From a bacterium (lineage in GTDB: Bacteria > UBA8248): a stretch of 64,000 nt of DNA. The DNA lies in assembly GCA_965207065.1 (NCBI GenBank), contig OZ242260.1, forward strand, positions 2,528,001 to 2,592,000, written 5' to 3'. The notes under the pieces are model-generated. The model did no database searches and was not told the origin of the DNA. It was given only the letters and a program-made list of their open reading frames with translations. This document shows positions 1 through 11,557 of the stretch, in pieces. Within the stretch, counting starts at the first letter, position 1. Each line of letters starts with the position of its first letter. A program made the position numbers and the translations under genes.

Positions 1-879
1 GCGACGGCCAGACCGTTCACGACCTACCACAATACCCTGGAAATGCCCTTGTTCCTCCGCGTGGCGCCCGAACTCTATCTCAAGCGCCTGGTTGTCGGTG
101 GGATGGACCGTGTCTACGAAATCAACCGCAATTTCAGGAATGAAGGCATATCCACCCAGCACAACCCCGAATTCACCATGCTGGAATTCTATATGGCGTA
201 TGCGGACTATAACGACTTGATGGAGTTGACGGAAAAGATGCTGGGGTCGCTGGCCCGGGAAATTCTGGGGGATGACGTCCTGAAGTACGGGGACGAGGAA
301 ATCTCGTTTCGAGCGCCCTGGGCGCGGCATGAATGGCGCGATTCCATCGTGTCGGTGGGCGGAGCGCCGGACGATGTGTTGGAGGATCATGGAAAAGCCC
401 GCCTTTTCGCCAGAAAAATTGCAGAACCCAGGGGGTATCCCATACCGGACGATATGAGCCACGTGCACATCCTGGAGTATCTGTTCGAGGAACTGGTGGA
501 GCCGAAACTCAGGCAGCCCACGTTCGTCTATGATTTTCCAAAAGCCCTTTCGCCGCTCTCCAAGAGCCGGGAAGACGACCCGGATACCGTGGAGCGGTTT
601 GAACTCATCATCGCCGGGCGCGAGATCGCCAATGCCTACACGGAGTTGAATGATCCAGACGACCAGCGCGCGCGCTTCGAGCAACAAGAAGCGATGCGAG
701 AGGCCGGCGATGAGGAGGCCCATGAGATCGACTGGGACTATCTGACGGCCTTGGAATACGGCCTGCCGCCTACGGCTGGGGAGGGGATCGGGATCGACAG
801 GCTCGCGATGCTGCTGACGAATACGCATTCGATTCGGGACGTCATCCTTTTCCCCCTGTTGCGCAAACACCAGGACTGA
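1..879 (+). CDS. lysS: Lysyl-tRNA synthetase class II, 5'-truncated by the window edge
   Basis: Frame is open from base 1 ([34 protein letters not shown]); motif 2 [16 protein letters not shown]; motif 3 [10 protein letters not shown]-terminal IRDVILFP. Confidence 0.97.
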   Translation, partial: ATARPFTTYHNTLEMPLFLRVAPELYLKRLVVGGMDRVYEINRNFRNEGISTQHNPEFTMLEFYMAYADYNDLMELTEKMLGSLAREILGDDVLKYGDEEISFRAPWARHEWRDSIVSVGGAPDDVLEDHGKARLFARKIAEPRGYPIPDDMSHVHILEYLFEELVEPKLRQPTFVYDFPKALSPLSKSREDDPDTVERFELIIAGREIANAYTELNDPDDQRARFEQQEAMREAGDEEAHEIDWDYLTALEYGLPPTAGEGIGIDRLAMLLTNTHSIRDVILFPLLRKHQD

Positions 880-881
880 AA

Positions 882-2144
882 ATGTCTTTATCCACGGAAC
901 TGTTCATCGGCTTCAGGCATTTGCGCTCGCGCAGCAAACTCGCCTTCGTCTCGCTCACGACCTGGATATCCGTACTGGGCATCGCGCTGGGCGTTGCCAC
1001 CCTCATCGTTGTCGTGGGAGTCATGACCGGTTTTCAGCGGGAATTTCGCGACAAGATACTGGGCACGCAGAGTCATATCGTCATCACGAAATCAGGGGCT
1101 ACCCTGATGCGCAAATGGCAGGATGTCCTGCAGAAGGCGCGCAAACATGAGGGCGTAGTGGCGGCGAGTCCCTTTGTCTACGGGCAGGCGATGTTCTCGT
1201 TCAAGAACCGTGTGTTGGGCGCGGTGGTGCGCGGGATTGTTCCGGGTCGGGAAATCGACGTGACGGACATCAGAAGATACTTGAAGGACGGTACGCTGAA
1301 AAAGATTTTGGGAAATACCAGCGCAGGCAAGCCCGGCATTATCATCGGGGCCGAGCTCGCGAAGAACTTGCACCTCAAAGAGGGTGATACGGTGATGATG
1401 GTCAGCCCCGTGGGCGTGGTTACGCCGATGGGCCTGGTGCCTCGAACAAAAAAATTTCAGGTGGTGGGAATCTTCCGCAGCGGCTTTTATCAGTACGATG
1501 CCAGCCTCTCGTTCATCTCGATGAAGGAAAGCCAGGCATTCTTTGGATTCGGCAAATCCGTGACGGGGGTGCATTTGCGCGTGAAGGACATTTTTTCGGC
1601 AGAGCGCATTTCCCGCAATATTCAGGGAACTCTCTCTACCGACTATTTGTCGCGCTCCTGGCAGGAAATGAATCGCAACCTTTTTTCAGCGCTGAAAACG
1701 GAAAAAACCACGCTTACCATCCTTCTCCTCCTCGTCGTCGTCGTGGCCGCCTTCAACATCATAGGCTCACTGGTCATGGTGGTGATGGAAAAAGGGCGTG
1801 AAATCGCGATCTTGAAGTCGATGGGGGCGACGAGCAGCGCAATTCTAAGAATATTTTTCGTGCAAGGCGCCTTTATCGGTTTGGTAGGCGCTGTATTGGG
1901 AACCTGTGGGGGCCTCGTTCTGGGGTGGAATCTCCATATAGTTGAGGATTTCTTAGAGCGCGCCTTTGGTCTGGACATACTACCCCCCAGCGTTTACCAT
2001 ATAGAGAAATTACCGGTGCAGATGACGCCATTTGATGTCTCTGTTACTGCAATCACTGCTTTTTTTATTTGCTTGGCGGCGACACTTTATCCAGCGTGGC
2101 GGGCTTCTCGCGTCGATCCGGTAGAAAATCTCCGTTATGGTTGA
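882..2144 (+). CDS. lolE: Lipoprotein-releasing ABC transporter permease LolC/E family
   Basis: GIALGVATLIVVVGVMTGF, VAAFNII, EKGREIAILKSMGA, ATLYPAWRASRVDP; directly upstream of lolD. Confidence 0.9.
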   Translation: MSLSTELFIGFRHLRSRSKLAFVSLTTWISVLGIALGVATLIVVVGVMTGFQREFRDKILGTQSHIVITKSGATLMRKWQDVLQKARKHEGVVAASPFVYGQAMFSFKNRVLGAVVRGIVPGREIDVTDIRRYLKDGTLKKILGNTSAGKPGIIIGAELAKNLHLKEGDTVMMVSPVGVVTPMGLVPRTKKFQVVGIFRSGFYQYDASLSFISMKESQAFFGFGKSVTGVHLRVKDIFSAERISRNIQGTLSTDYLSRSWQEMNRNLFSALKTEKTTLTILLLLVVVVAAFNIIGSLVMVVMEKGREIAILKSMGATSSAILRIFFVQGAFIGLVGAVLGTCGGLVLGWNLHIVEDFLERAFGLDILPPSVYHIEKLPVQMTPFDVSVTAITAFFICLAATLYPAWRASRVDPVENLRYG

Positions 2145-2874
2145 TTCGGGTACATTGGAGATGAGCGAATCTGCTGCACCAAAAGACGTGTCGACGCATG
2201 TCATCTTCACCAGGGGACTGGAAAAATCATACGCCATGGGCAGCGGCGAGGTGATGGCTCTGAGCGGAGTTGATCTCCAAGTTGCGCATGGCGAGATGTT
2301 GGCCATCATGGGGGTCTCGGGAGCGGGGAAAACCACCTTGCTCCATATTTTGGGAGCACTCGACAGACCGACGAAAGGCGAAGTGATCCTGGAGGGCAAG
2401 AGCCTCCATGAGCGCTCCGAAGTCGAGTTGGCCCGATTGAGAAATCAGTATGTGGGTTTTGTATTCCAGTTTCATCATTTGTTGCCGGAGTTTTCCGGGC
2501 TGGAAAATGTTATGATACCCGGGATGTTGCGCGGCGCCCGGAAAAAAGAGGTGGAAGAGCAGGCGAAGGAATTGTTAAGCCGGATAGGCCTGGCTGACAG
2601 GTGGAATCATCGGCCGGGAGAACTTTCAGGCGGTGAGCAGCAAAGGGTTGCTATTGCCCGCGCGTTAATTAACAATCCTTCTGTAGTACTCGCGGATGAA
2701 CCGACGGGGAATCTGGATTCATCGACTGCGGAAACGATTTTTGAATTACTCCGGGAAATTAACGAAAGAAGCGGACAAACGATTTTGGTGGCGACGCACA
2801 ATGCTTCGATGGCGGAAAGAATGGATCGTGTGATCGCCGTGGTGGATGGAAAAATAGCTCATAATAAAAAGTAA
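2137..2874 (+). CDS. lolD: Lipoprotein-releasing ABC transporter ATP-binding protein (alternative start 2161)
   Basis: Walker A GVSGAGKT; LolD motif GFVFQFHHLL; LSGGEQQR; ADEPTGNLD. Confidence 0.92.
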   Translation: MVDSGTLEMSESAAPKDVSTHVIFTRGLEKSYAMGSGEVMALSGVDLQVAHGEMLAIMGVSGAGKTTLLHILGALDRPTKGEVILEGKSLHERSEVELARLRNQYVGFVFQFHHLLPEFSGLENVMIPGMLRGARKKEVEEQAKELLSRIGLADRWNHRPGELSGGEQQRVAIARALINNPSVVLADEPTGNLDSSTAETIFELLREINERSGQTILVATHNASMAERMDRVIAVVDGKIAHNKK

Positions 2875-2884
2875 GGAGGGCCGT

Positions 2885-5329
2885 ATGTTCAAGCGATTCA
2901 CCGAGCGCGCCCGTAAAGTCATTATCCTGGCCAGAGAAGAGGCGGAGCACTACCGTCACGAATATCTGGGAACCGAACACATACTGCTTGGCGTGCTGAA
3001 GGACGGGGGCGGAATCGCCATCGCCGTTTTGCAGAAGCTGGGGGTCGACCCCAAACAGCTTCGGCTGGAGCTTGAACGCAATTTGCCCAAGAGTTTGAGC
3101 GGACCCGTGGAAGGGGACATCCCGTTTACGCCGAAAGCGAAGAAAGTGCTTGAGTACGCCGTCGAAGAGGCCCGTCTGATGGGTCATAACTATATCGGCA
3201 CCGAGCATCTGTTGTTGGGTATTGTCCGGGAGAAAGACGGATTGGCCGCGAAAATCCTGGCCAGCTTCGGCGTCAAGCTTCAGCAGACACGAGAGCAGAC
3301 CATCAACCTCTTGAGGGAGCCGGTGGCTGCGCGCTCTCGCGAGAAGAGCAAGACACCCGCGCTCGATGAATTCGGGCGAGACCTCACGGAGTTTGCCGAA
3401 GAAGGGAAACTCGACCCGGTCATCGGGCGAGAGCAGGAAATAGAGCGCGTCATCCAGATTCTCGCGCGACGCACGAAAAACAACCCTGTCTTGATTGGCG
3501 AGCCCGGTGTCGGGAAAACGGCTATTGTCGAAGGCTTGGCTCAATCGATTATCACGAAAGAAGTTCCCCAGATTTTGTACAACAAGCGCGTGGTTCAGCT
3601 TGATCTGGGCGCTTTGGTCGCAGGGACGAAATATCGCGGTCAATTCGAGGCGCGCCTGAAAGCCATCATGAAGGAAATCACACAAAGCCAGGATGTGATT
3701 ATCTTCATCGATGAACTGCATACTTTGGTAGGCGCGGGCGCGGCGGAAGGCTCCATTGATGCTTCGAACATGCTGAAACCCGCCCTCAGCCGCGGAGAAA
3801 TTCAGTGCATCGGCGCCACCACGCTGGATGAGTATCGGAAATATATCGAGAAAAACGGCGCATTGGAGCGACGTTTCCAGTCTGTCATGGTGGACCCGCC
3901 GTCCGTGGATGATACGGTCAGTATACTGAAGGGTCTGAGAGATAAGTATGAGAAACACCACCGCGCGCAGCTGACGGACGATGCGCTCATCACCGCCGTT
4001 CGCCTGTCGTCCCAGTACGTGTCGGATCGCTTCTTGCCGGATAAGGCGATAGACGTCATTGATGAGGCGTGCAGCAAGGTACGTCTCGAGAAAGAAACCT
4101 TCCCCACCAACATACGGGATCTCCAGCGCCAGATAGAAGAGACGGTTCGCACGAAAAAAGACATGATCGAAAGGCAGGATTTTGAAAAGGCCGTCGAGTT
4201 GCGCGACCAGGAAGAACAGGACAGAAGCAGGCTCGACGAACTCAAAACCGAATGGGAGGCGGGCCAAACGGATGAGGAACCTTATGTCACCGAAGATGAT
4301 GTGGCATATGTGGTCAGCCGGATGACCGGAATTCCGTTGCAGCGCATCGGAGAAGTGGAGAACGAGCGTCTTCTCCGCATGGAAGAGGAGTTGAACAGCC
4401 ACATCATCGGACAGGAAGAAGCCACGCGCGCCATGACGAAGGCGGTTCGAAGGGCGCGTGCCGGCCTGAAAGGGCCCAAAAGGCCAATCGGCAGCTTCTT
4501 GTTCCTGGGTCCCACGGGCGTGGGCAAGACCGAGATGGCCAGAATGCTCGCCCAGTTCATGTTCGGCGACCCGAGCTCCCTCATTCGCATTGACATGAGT
4601 GAATATATGGAGAGATTCAACGTCTCCCGCCTCACGGGAGCGCCTCCGGGATACGTCGGCTATGAGGAGGGGGGACAACTCACCGAGCGTGTTCGCAGAA
4701 AGCCTTACTCCGTCGTGCTGCTCGATGAAATCGAGAAGGCGCATCCCGATGTTTACCACGTTTTACTTCAGGTGATGGACGACGGTCTGCTCACCGACAG
4801 CTATGGCCGCAATATTGACTTCAAGAATACCATCATCATCATGACTTCGAATCTGGCGGCCCGATCCATAGAGAAAGGGACATCCCTCGGCTTCCAGAAG
4901 GTGGACTCGGGCCTCAGCTTCGACAAAATGAAGGACAGCATTCGCGATGAACTGAAGCGCACCTTCAACCCCGAATTTTTGAACCGGATTGATGATGTCA
5001 TCATCTTCCGGCCGTTGACCCACGAGGACATCCTGAAAATCGTGGATATTGAAATCTCGAAGGTCAATGTGACGCTAAATGAAAAGGAAATGACGATTGA
5101 ACTGAGCAACGAAGCCAAAGACTGGCTTGCCAGACAGGGGTTTGAACCGGCTTATGGGGCAAGGCCTCTGCGTCGCGTTATCCAAAGACATATTGAAGAT
5201 ACCCTCAGCGAAGAAGTTTTGCACGGCAAATTCCAGGACGGGGGAACGATCCTGGCGAAGTTGGCTGGGGATGAATTGGTATTCGAATTGAAAGAAGACA
5301 CGGAAGTGCTCAGTGTCCAAGACTTATAG
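2885..5329 (+). CDS. clpC: ATP-dependent Clp protease ATP-binding subunit ClpC
   Basis: [11 protein letters not shown]-domain with two GTEH(I/L)LLG repeats; two AAA+ modules ([16 protein letters not shown]); UVR-like linker; LGF ClpP-docking loop. Confidence 0.95.
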   Translation: MFKRFTERARKVIILAREEAEHYRHEYLGTEHILLGVLKDGGGIAIAVLQKLGVDPKQLRLELERNLPKSLSGPVEGDIPFTPKAKKVLEYAVEEARLMGHNYIGTEHLLLGIVREKDGLAAKILASFGVKLQQTREQTINLLREPVAARSREKSKTPALDEFGRDLTEFAEEGKLDPVIGREQEIERVIQILARRTKNNPVLIGEPGVGKTAIVEGLAQSIITKEVPQILYNKRVVQLDLGALVAGTKYRGQFEARLKAIMKEITQSQDVIIFIDELHTLVGAGAAEGSIDASNMLKPALSRGEIQCIGATTLDEYRKYIEKNGALERRFQSVMVDPPSVDDTVSILKGLRDKYEKHHRAQLTDDALITAVRLSSQYVSDRFLPDKAIDVIDEACSKVRLEKETFPTNIRDLQRQIEETVRTKKDMIERQDFEKAVELRDQEEQDRSRLDELKTEWEAGQTDEEPYVTEDDVAYVVSRMTGIPLQRIGEVENERLLRMEEELNSHIIGQEEATRAMTKAVRRARAGLKGPKRPIGSFLFLGPTGVGKTEMARMLAQFMFGDPSSLIRIDMSEYMERFNVSRLTGAPPGYVGYEEGGQLTERVRRKPYSVVLLDEIEKAHPDVYHVLLQVMDDGLLTDSYGRNIDFKNTIIIMTSNLAARSIEKGTSLGFQKVDSGLSFDKMKDSIRDELKRTFNPEFLNRIDDVIIFRPLTHEDILKIVDIEISKVNVTLNEKEMTIELSNEAKDWLARQGFEPAYGARPLRRVIQRHIEDTLSEEVLHGKFQDGGTILAKLAGDELVFELKEDTEVLSVQDL

Positions 5330-5381
5330 TTTCACTGCAAAATTGAAACTTGTTTCCCCTTTTTCCTCAGGGGGTGGTCTT

Positions 5382-7697
5382 ATGTGTTGCGCGGCGAAGG
5401 TGTTGGCCTGCGCCGTCTTGGCTGTCTTGTCTCTTGTTGCCGTTCCGCATGAGGCGACAGGACAGTCAACCTCACCGGCCATCACGATACGGGCCATTGA
5501 AGTCAAAGGGAATCGCCGGGTCGATCGTTCCACCGTTCTTTTCTACGTGAAGCTCAAAGAGGGAAAAAACTACACCAACACGGAATTGGTCCGGCAAACC
5601 CGCGCGGATGTCCGGGCCATATACAAACTGGGATTCTTCCGGGATGTGAGAGTTCAGGTGGAGCCTCTTGAAGGGGGGCTCCGCGTGATATATCAACTCA
5701 GCGAAAAACCCACGATCAACAAGATCGAAATTATCGGTAACAGCAGCCTGGAACTCGATAAAATCCGCGAGCACATGACGGTGAAGGTCCAGACCATCGT
5801 CAACGAATCCATTCTGAAAGAAAGTGTCCGTAACGTAAGAAAACTCTATCAGGATAGCGGCTATTATTTCGCGCGCGTGGAAGCGGTTCTCAAGGAAAGC
5901 GGCTTGAATACGGTGGCCGTCACCCTGGTGATCGATGAGGGTGAAAGCGTCAGCATCGGCTCGATTCATTTCGAAGGCAACGAGAACGTCTCCCAAAGAG
6001 AATTGCTCAAGACCATTGAAACCAGCGAAAAGGGCTTTTTCTCTTTCCTTACGAGTTCGGGGATCTTCAACGAAGAAGAGCTACAGAGGGACTTGGTGCG
6101 GATTCGCTTGCTGTACGAGAGCCGTGGCTACGCCAAAGTTCAGGTCAGCCAGCCCGTCATTCGCGAGGACCGGGGGAGGAACCGCATCGATATAACGATT
6201 CCCATCCGCGAAGGCTTTCGGTATAGACTCGCCAAAGTCGAGGTCCGCGGCGGGGAGGACGTCATCCCCGTAGAAGAGATTCGTCGGAAAATGCTCGTTT
6301 TCGTCGGCGATATTTTCAACAAATCCCGCCTGCTCTCGGATGTGCGGAAGATAACAAATCAATTTTCCAACCGAGGCTATGCGTTCGTGGATGTGAACAG
6401 TTTCACGAAAACGGACGATAAGAAGAAAACGGTCGACGTCACGGTACGAATCAACAAGGGGCGAAGGGTATACATCGGGAAAGTGGTGGTAGCAGGCAAT
6501 ACCCGCACTCGCGAGAACGTGATTCGCCGCAACGTTCGCGTTATCGAAGGGTCTTTGTACAGCGCAAGAGGATTGGGGTTGACGCGTCAGCGCCTGAGAC
6601 GCAAGAACTATTTCGAAACGGTGAAGGTCGTTGAAAAACGGCGTCCCGGCAACGATGAAATTCTCGACATCGAAATCGAGGTGAAGGAGAAGCCGACCGG
6701 CTCCATAACGGGCGGCCTCGGCGTCAATAGTGATGAGGGCCTTTACGGGCAAGGCGAATTGCGAGAAGCGAATTTGTTCGGCAAGGGCCTGGTTGGCTCC
6801 TTGTTCACCAGAATTTCTTCCCAGCGTTTTGATTTGGTAGCGGAATACTTCGATCCCAGTTTCCGGGATTCCGGCTACTCGCTTGGAGGAAGCCTCTTTT
6901 TTGTCGATCAGGAGTATGAGACTTTCGACAACGAAAGGCAGGGAGCCCGGATAACGGTCGGCAAGGAATTTCAGGAGTTCCTGAGGGGTTTGCTCTCCTA
7001 TGAGATCGCGGAATCGGAAATCAGCAATGTATCCACGAATGCGATTTCCACGATTCTCGAGCAGGAAGGGGACACTTTCCTCGAAAGCAGTCTCATCCCG
7101 AGGCTGGTCTACGATAGCCTGAACAGACCCATTTTCCCGACGGATGGCACTTACTGGAGCATCTCCTCCACGATTTCTTCATCGGCGCTGGGTGGAAACG
7201 TCGACGTTCTCACGACAGAAGCAGAGTTCAGGCAATATCATAACATCGGGGAGCGTTTCCGAATCCGCTTTTTGCGGGATTTGGTTTTGAGTTTGAGGGG
7301 CAATGTTCGCTACGTCGAACCGCTGGATGGCGAAGCGCCCGCGTTCCGTCGTTTGTACGCCACCAGAAAGTACACCGTTCGAGGGTTTACTTCCAGCGAC
7401 TTGGGGCCGAAGGATCCGCAGGGCGAAGCCATCGGCGGCTTCTCCGCCGCTCTCGGCTCAGCTGAATTGACGCATCCTTTCATCGGCCCGACGCAGGTTG
7501 CGTTTTTCTTTGATATGGGAAACATCTGGGATGAGGATAATGCCTTTGATTTCGGGGAATTGAGATACGGTGTCGGAATCGGCCTGCGCATCGTGACGCC
7601 AATCGGCCCCATGCGGCTCGATATCGGATACAAGCTGGATAGAAAAGAGAACGAGCGCAGAAGGGAAGCACACTTGGGAATCGGAGCCGCGTTCTAG
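5382..7697 (+). CDS. bamA: Outer membrane protein assembly factor BamA (start uncertain; ORF opens at 5313)
   Basis: Signal peptide; POTRA repeats (IEVKGNRRV, GNTRTRENVIRR); VRGF motif; TPIGPMRLD; C-terminal Phe. Confidence 0.95.
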   Translation: MCCAAKVLACAVLAVLSLVAVPHEATGQSTSPAITIRAIEVKGNRRVDRSTVLFYVKLKEGKNYTNTELVRQTRADVRAIYKLGFFRDVRVQVEPLEGGLRVIYQLSEKPTINKIEIIGNSSLELDKIREHMTVKVQTIVNESILKESVRNVRKLYQDSGYYFARVEAVLKESGLNTVAVTLVIDEGESVSIGSIHFEGNENVSQRELLKTIETSEKGFFSFLTSSGIFNEEELQRDLVRIRLLYESRGYAKVQVSQPVIREDRGRNRIDITIPIREGFRYRLAKVEVRGGEDVIPVEEIRRKMLVFVGDIFNKSRLLSDVRKITNQFSNRGYAFVDVNSFTKTDDKKKTVDVTVRINKGRRVYIGKVVVAGNTRTRENVIRRNVRVIEGSLYSARGLGLTRQRLRRKNYFETVKVVEKRRPGNDEILDIEIEVKEKPTGSITGGLGVNSDEGLYGQGELREANLFGKGLVGSLFTRISSQRFDLVAEYFDPSFRDSGYSLGGSLFFVDQEYETFDNERQGARITVGKEFQEFLRGLLSYEIAESEISNVSTNAISTILEQEGDTFLESSLIPRLVYDSLNRPIFPTDGTYWSISSTISSSALGGNVDVLTTEAEFRQYHNIGERFRIRFLRDLVLSLRGNVRYVEPLDGEAPAFRRLYATRKYTVRGFTSSDLGPKDPQGEAIGGFSAALGSAELTHPFIGPTQVAFFFDMGNIWDEDNAFDFGELRYGVGIGLRIVTPIGPMRLDIGYKLDRKENERRREAHLGIGAAF

Positions 7698-7737
7698 GAT
7701 CGCGCGTGTCGATTTGCCTTTGATTTTGATGAGGAGG

Positions 7738-8316
7738 ATGTTTGAAGTGAGGCGGCATGGCTTATGTATCTTGATATTTCCGGTGCTTCTCGCCTTCGCC
7801 TATGCAGGTCACGCGGAATCTGCGAATGTGAAATACGGCGTCGTAAACATTCAGCGCGTTTTACAAACTTCAAAAGGCGGGCGGACCGCGCGGTCGTTAT
7901 TGGAAAGGGAGAAAAAGAGGCTCCAAACCACGATTCAAAAGAGGCGCGAAGATTTAGCTGCAATTGCGAAAAAAGTACGGGAGTTGCAATTGGAGATTGA
8001 GCAGAAAAGCGCAATTTGGCGCCAGGAAGAAAAAGAGCGCAAGGCGTTCGACTTGAGGTCTCAAAAAAGGGAGTTCGCGCGTGAGCAAGACAACTTGAGA
8101 CGATTGGTGCGAGAGAGCGAACGAGACCTTCAGGATCGCGGAAGAACCGCTACTAATACGGTTTTGAAGGAAGTTCGTGTCATCGTTGAGGAACTAGGGA
8201 AACAAGAAGGTTTGGATGTCATTGTAGACGAAGCCTCTGGCGGTGTCTTGTTCTTTAACCCGGGAGTGGATCTAACCGAGAGGGTGATCAAGCTATACGA
8301 CCAGAAGAAGAAATAA
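7738..8316 (+). CDS. skp: OmpH/Skp periplasmic chaperone (start uncertain)
   Basis: [11 protein letters not shown], coiled-coil body, DLTERVIK; lies between bamA and lpxD. Confidence 0.88.
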   Translation: MFEVRRHGLCILIFPVLLAFAYAGHAESANVKYGVVNIQRVLQTSKGGRTARSLLEREKKRLQTTIQKRREDLAAIAKKVRELQLEIEQKSAIWRQEEKERKAFDLRSQKREFAREQDNLRRLVRESERDLQDRGRTATNTVLKEVRVIVEELGKQEGLDVIVDEASGGVLFFNPGVDLTERVIKLYDQKKK

Positions 8317-8317
8317 A

Positions 8318-9325
8318 ATGCTTCTCGCAGACATCGCAAATCTGCTCGGCGGGGAACTTACCGGCGACGGTAACGTAGACTTACACGACGTGGCCGAGTA
8401 TGAAAAGGCCAGGCCAACGGATTTAAGCTATGTGGAGTCGGCGAAAAAGCTGAGTACGCATTCCAACGCAGGTGCCCTCATCGTTCCCCAGGGTTTGGAA
8501 ACCAATCGCCCATCTATTTCCACCAATAACCCCCGGTTATCTTTCGCTCGTGCGGTATCGCTGTTTCGACCACCTCGAAAATTCCAGCCGGGAATTGATG
8601 ACGACGCCAGAATTTCCGATACGGCGCGCCTGGGAGATGGTGTATATGTAGGCCCGTTCGCGTCCCTCGCCGGTGGTGTTGTGCTGGGCGACGGTTCATA
8701 TATCGGGGCGGGTGTGCATGTCGGCGAAAACGTGAACATCGGTTCGAAGTGTTTCATACATCCGAATTGTGTTTTGTGCGCTGATGTGGAAATCGGAGCG
8801 CGGGTGACCCTCCATGCCGGAGTCGTCGTAGGGGCGGATGGGTTTGGATATATTCCCGATGAGGAGGGACGTTTTTTCAAATACCCGCAGACGGGCACGG
8901 TTGTCATAGAGGATGATGTCGAAATCGGGGCGAACACTACGATTGATCGGGCCACGCTCACGGAAACGAGAATCGGCCGTGGCACGAAAATCGACAACCA
9001 GGTCCAAATAGCGCACAACGTCGTGATTGGGGAGGATTGCATACTAGCGAGCCAGGTGGGCATTGCGGGTAGTGTGACGATCGGACGGGGCGTCATGATG
9101 GGTGGGCGTGTCGGGGTGGCGGATCATGTCGAAATTGGTGATGACGCCAAGCTGGGTGCGAATTCCGGCGTGCTGAATAGTCTGGAGGGCGGGAAAACAT
9201 ATATGCACTTTCCGGCGACGGAAATTCGCGATGCGCGTAGGCGAATTGCGGTATTGAAGAATTTGCCAAGGCTCTCGAAAAGAGTAAATCGACTCGAAAG
9301 AAAGATTGGTGAATTAGAATCATGA
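8318..9325 (+). CDS. lpxD: UDP-3-O-(3-hydroxyacyl)glucosamine N-acyltransferase
   Basis: Hexapeptide repeats; [30 protein letters not shown]. Confidence 0.96.
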   Translation: MLLADIANLLGGELTGDGNVDLHDVAEYEKARPTDLSYVESAKKLSTHSNAGALIVPQGLETNRPSISTNNPRLSFARAVSLFRPPRKFQPGIDDDARISDTARLGDGVYVGPFASLAGGVVLGDGSYIGAGVHVGENVNIGSKCFIHPNCVLCADVEIGARVTLHAGVVVGADGFGYIPDEEGRFFKYPQTGTVVIEDDVEIGANTTIDRATLTETRIGRGTKIDNQVQIAHNVVIGEDCILASQVGIAGSVTIGRGVMMGGRVGVADHVEIGDDAKLGANSGVLNSLEGGKTYMHFPATEIRDARRRIAVLKNLPRLSKRVNRLERKIGELES

Positions 9326-9762
9326 TCGATAGTCAGCGGATTCAGGAACTAATCCCGCATAGAGATCCGTTTCTATTCGTCGATCAGGTAACGAATATCG
9401 ACACGGAAGAAAATTCTGTCGTAGCCCAGAAAAAAATTTCGATTGATGAACCTTTTTTCAGAGGGCATTTCCCTGGTAATCCCATCATGCCGGGTGTGTT
9501 GATAATCGAAGCGTTGGCGCAGACCGGTTTGATTTGCCTGTTCGAGTTGAAATTGGCCGAGCCGGAGGCTGAATTTTTCTTCACGGGCATCGAGCAGGTA
9601 AAATTCAGGCGTCCCGTTGTACCCGGCGATTTGTTGGAGTTGCACGCAAAACTCCTGAAAAACAGAAGGACTTTGTGGAAGTTCGAAGGGCGGGCATTTG
9701 CAGGGGGTCAAATAGCCGCCGAAGGTGTTTTCACTGCTTACGCCACTCCCCGTGCACGATAA
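9322..9762 (+). CDS. fabZ: 3-hydroxyacyl-ACP dehydratase
   Basis: [33 protein letters not shown]. Confidence 0.96.
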   Translation: MIDSQRIQELIPHRDPFLFVDQVTNIDTEENSVVAQKKISIDEPFFRGHFPGNPIMPGVLIIEALAQTGLICLFELKLAEPEAEFFFTGIEQVKFRRPVVPGDLLELHAKLLKNRRTLWKFEGRAFAGGQIAAEGVFTAYATPRAR

Positions 9763-9765
9763 AAA

Positions 9766-10548
9766 TTGAGCGACATAGCCCCCACTTCTCATATCCATCC
9801 GGAATCGCAACTCGGGCAGGATTTGAAAATCGGCCCGGGCGCTTTCGTGGGCGCCGATGTGATTCTTCGAGACGGATGCGAAATCGGACAAAACGCAACC
9901 ATCCAGGGTCCTGCCGTAATAGGGGAGGGGTGCCGGATTTTTCCGAATGCCGTCATCGGCTTGGAAGCGCAGGTTGTTGATTTGCAGTCGGACTCGGGCG
10001 GGGTTGAAATCGGAGCGGGTACGATTATCCGCGAGACGGCGACGATTCATCGTTCGATGTATTCGGGTCAGAATACGGTGATCGGAAGTGGGTGCTACGT
10101 CATGGTCGGCGCGCATGTGGGCCATGATTGCCGCGTGGGCGATGGGGTGATTCTGGTGAACCATTGCTCCTTGGGAGGGCATGTGGAAGTTGGGGACAAT
10201 AGCTTCATCTCAAATTTCATCGGCGTGCATCAGCGGATGCGGGTTGGGGAAGGGGCGATACTGGTAGGTCCCATTGCGGTGAGGAAAGATGTGCCTCCCT
10301 TTGTCAAGATGGCGGGTGCTCCATTTCGCGTGGTTGGCCTGAATGTGGTCGGCTTGCGCAGAAGGGGCGTTTCGGCCGAAGTGAGAGCGGAAATAAAGCG
10401 TGTGTATGGAATTCTTTTCGATGAGCCTGGTACGATGGCTCAGAAATTAGAGAAAATGGAAGCGCAAGCGCCGTTAGGAGCGGAAATCCGTTCCGTGGTA
10501 GAATTCGTGCGCAATTCGAAGAATGGCATTTATCAAGGCCGCGTATAA
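9766..10548 (+). CDS. lpxA: Acyl-ACP--UDP-GlcNAc O-acyltransferase
   Basis: Hexapeptide repeats; IRETATIHR, catalytic HVGHDC, VHQ, GLNVVGLRRRG; TTG start; synteny. Confidence 0.93.
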   Translation: MSDIAPTSHIHPESQLGQDLKIGPGAFVGADVILRDGCEIGQNATIQGPAVIGEGCRIFPNAVIGLEAQVVDLQSDSGGVEIGAGTIIRETATIHRSMYSGQNTVIGSGCYVMVGAHVGHDCRVGDGVILVNHCSLGGHVEVGDNSFISNFIGVHQRMRVGEGAILVGPIAVRKDVPPFVKMAGAPFRVVGLNVVGLRRRGVSAEVRAEIKRVYGILFDEPGTMAQKLEKMEAQAPLGAEIRSVVEFVRNSKNGIYQGRV

Positions 10549-10577
10549 GAGTAGGTTTTTTAAGAGGTTAAAGGCCC

Positions 10578-11549
10578 ATGCTGGATTCACTGCGAGTTGG
10601 CGTCGTCGGTGTTGGCCATATGGGAAGTTACCATGTAGCTGCGCTTTCTGAACTATTGGGCGCGAATCTGGTAGCTGTATGCGATTTGGTGCCGAGCCGC
10701 GCCCGGGAATTGGCAGATAAATTCGGGGCGGAAGCGTTTTCAGATCCCACAGATCTGATCGGTCGGGTAGATGCGGTTACCATCGCTGTTCCCACCATGC
10801 AGCATTTTGCAGTGTCCCGGATCTTCCTCGAAAATGGCGTTCATGCGTTGGTGGAAAAGCCCGTTTGCACGAAGATGGAAGAGGCCCGGATACTGTTCGA
10901 CCTGGCAACCAGAAACAATCTGGTGCTTCACATTGGCCATGTGGAGCGATTCAACGGAGCCGTACAGGAGTTGGGTAACATTTTGGATGCGCCCACCCTG
11001 ATTGAATGCCGCAGGCTGGGCCCCTTCTCGCCGAGAGTGAAGGAAGACGGCGTCGTGCTCGACTTGATGATTCACGATCTCGACATCGTTTTGCGGTTGG
11101 TGGATGAGGAGATTGATTTGCTTTCGGCAACCGGCGCAAGTGTCCTCTCTGACCGGGATGACGTGGCGAATGTGCAGATTGGTTTTGCAGGTGGATGCGT
11201 GGCGAACCTTACCGCAAGCCGGGTGACGCAGAACAAGATCAGGACGCTATCCGTATCACAACCGGACGCGTTCATTACGCTCGATTATGCGGACCAGGAG
11301 CTCAGGATCCACCGCCAGGCGAAGAGTGAGCATCAGTTGACGAGAGAGGAACTCAAGTACCGCGAACAATTCCAGGTGGAAAGAGTGTTTGTCCACAAGG
11401 GCAATCCACTCAAGTTGGAATTGCGGCATTTCCTGCAATCAATACAGCTCCAGGATGTTGTTTCCGATCCGGAGAGAGAATTGCGGTCTTTGGATATTGC
11501 CCTGCGTATCGTAGATATGCTGAAAAGCACCATGCCCTCAACCCACTAA
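10578..11549 (+). CDS. Gfo/Idh/MocA NAD-dependent oxidoreductase, GnnA-like
   Basis: GVVGVGHMG, LVEKP, GHVERFN, VVLDLMIHDLD; sits between lpxA and lpxI/lpxB. Confidence 0.85.
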   Translation: MLDSLRVGVVGVGHMGSYHVAALSELLGANLVAVCDLVPSRARELADKFGAEAFSDPTDLIGRVDAVTIAVPTMQHFAVSRIFLENGVHALVEKPVCTKMEEARILFDLATRNNLVLHIGHVERFNGAVQELGNILDAPTLIECRRLGPFSPRVKEDGVVLDLMIHDLDIVLRLVDEEIDLLSATGASVLSDRDDVANVQIGFAGGCVANLTASRVTQNKIRTLSVSQPDAFITLDYADQELRIHRQAKSEHQLTREELKYREQFQVERVFVHKGNPLKLELRHFLQSIQLQDVVSDPERELRSLDIALRIVDMLKSTMPSTH

Positions 11550-11557
11550 AATTTGCC

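Noticed and set aside
2759-4759. 666-aa minus-strand ORF
   Set aside because: Antisense shadow of clpC with no recognisable motifs; long shadow ORFs are common in GC-rich genes
2885-5329. clpC embedded between lolD and bamA as a novelty
   Set aside because: To my knowledge this order occurs in other diderm lineages; ordinary housekeeping synteny
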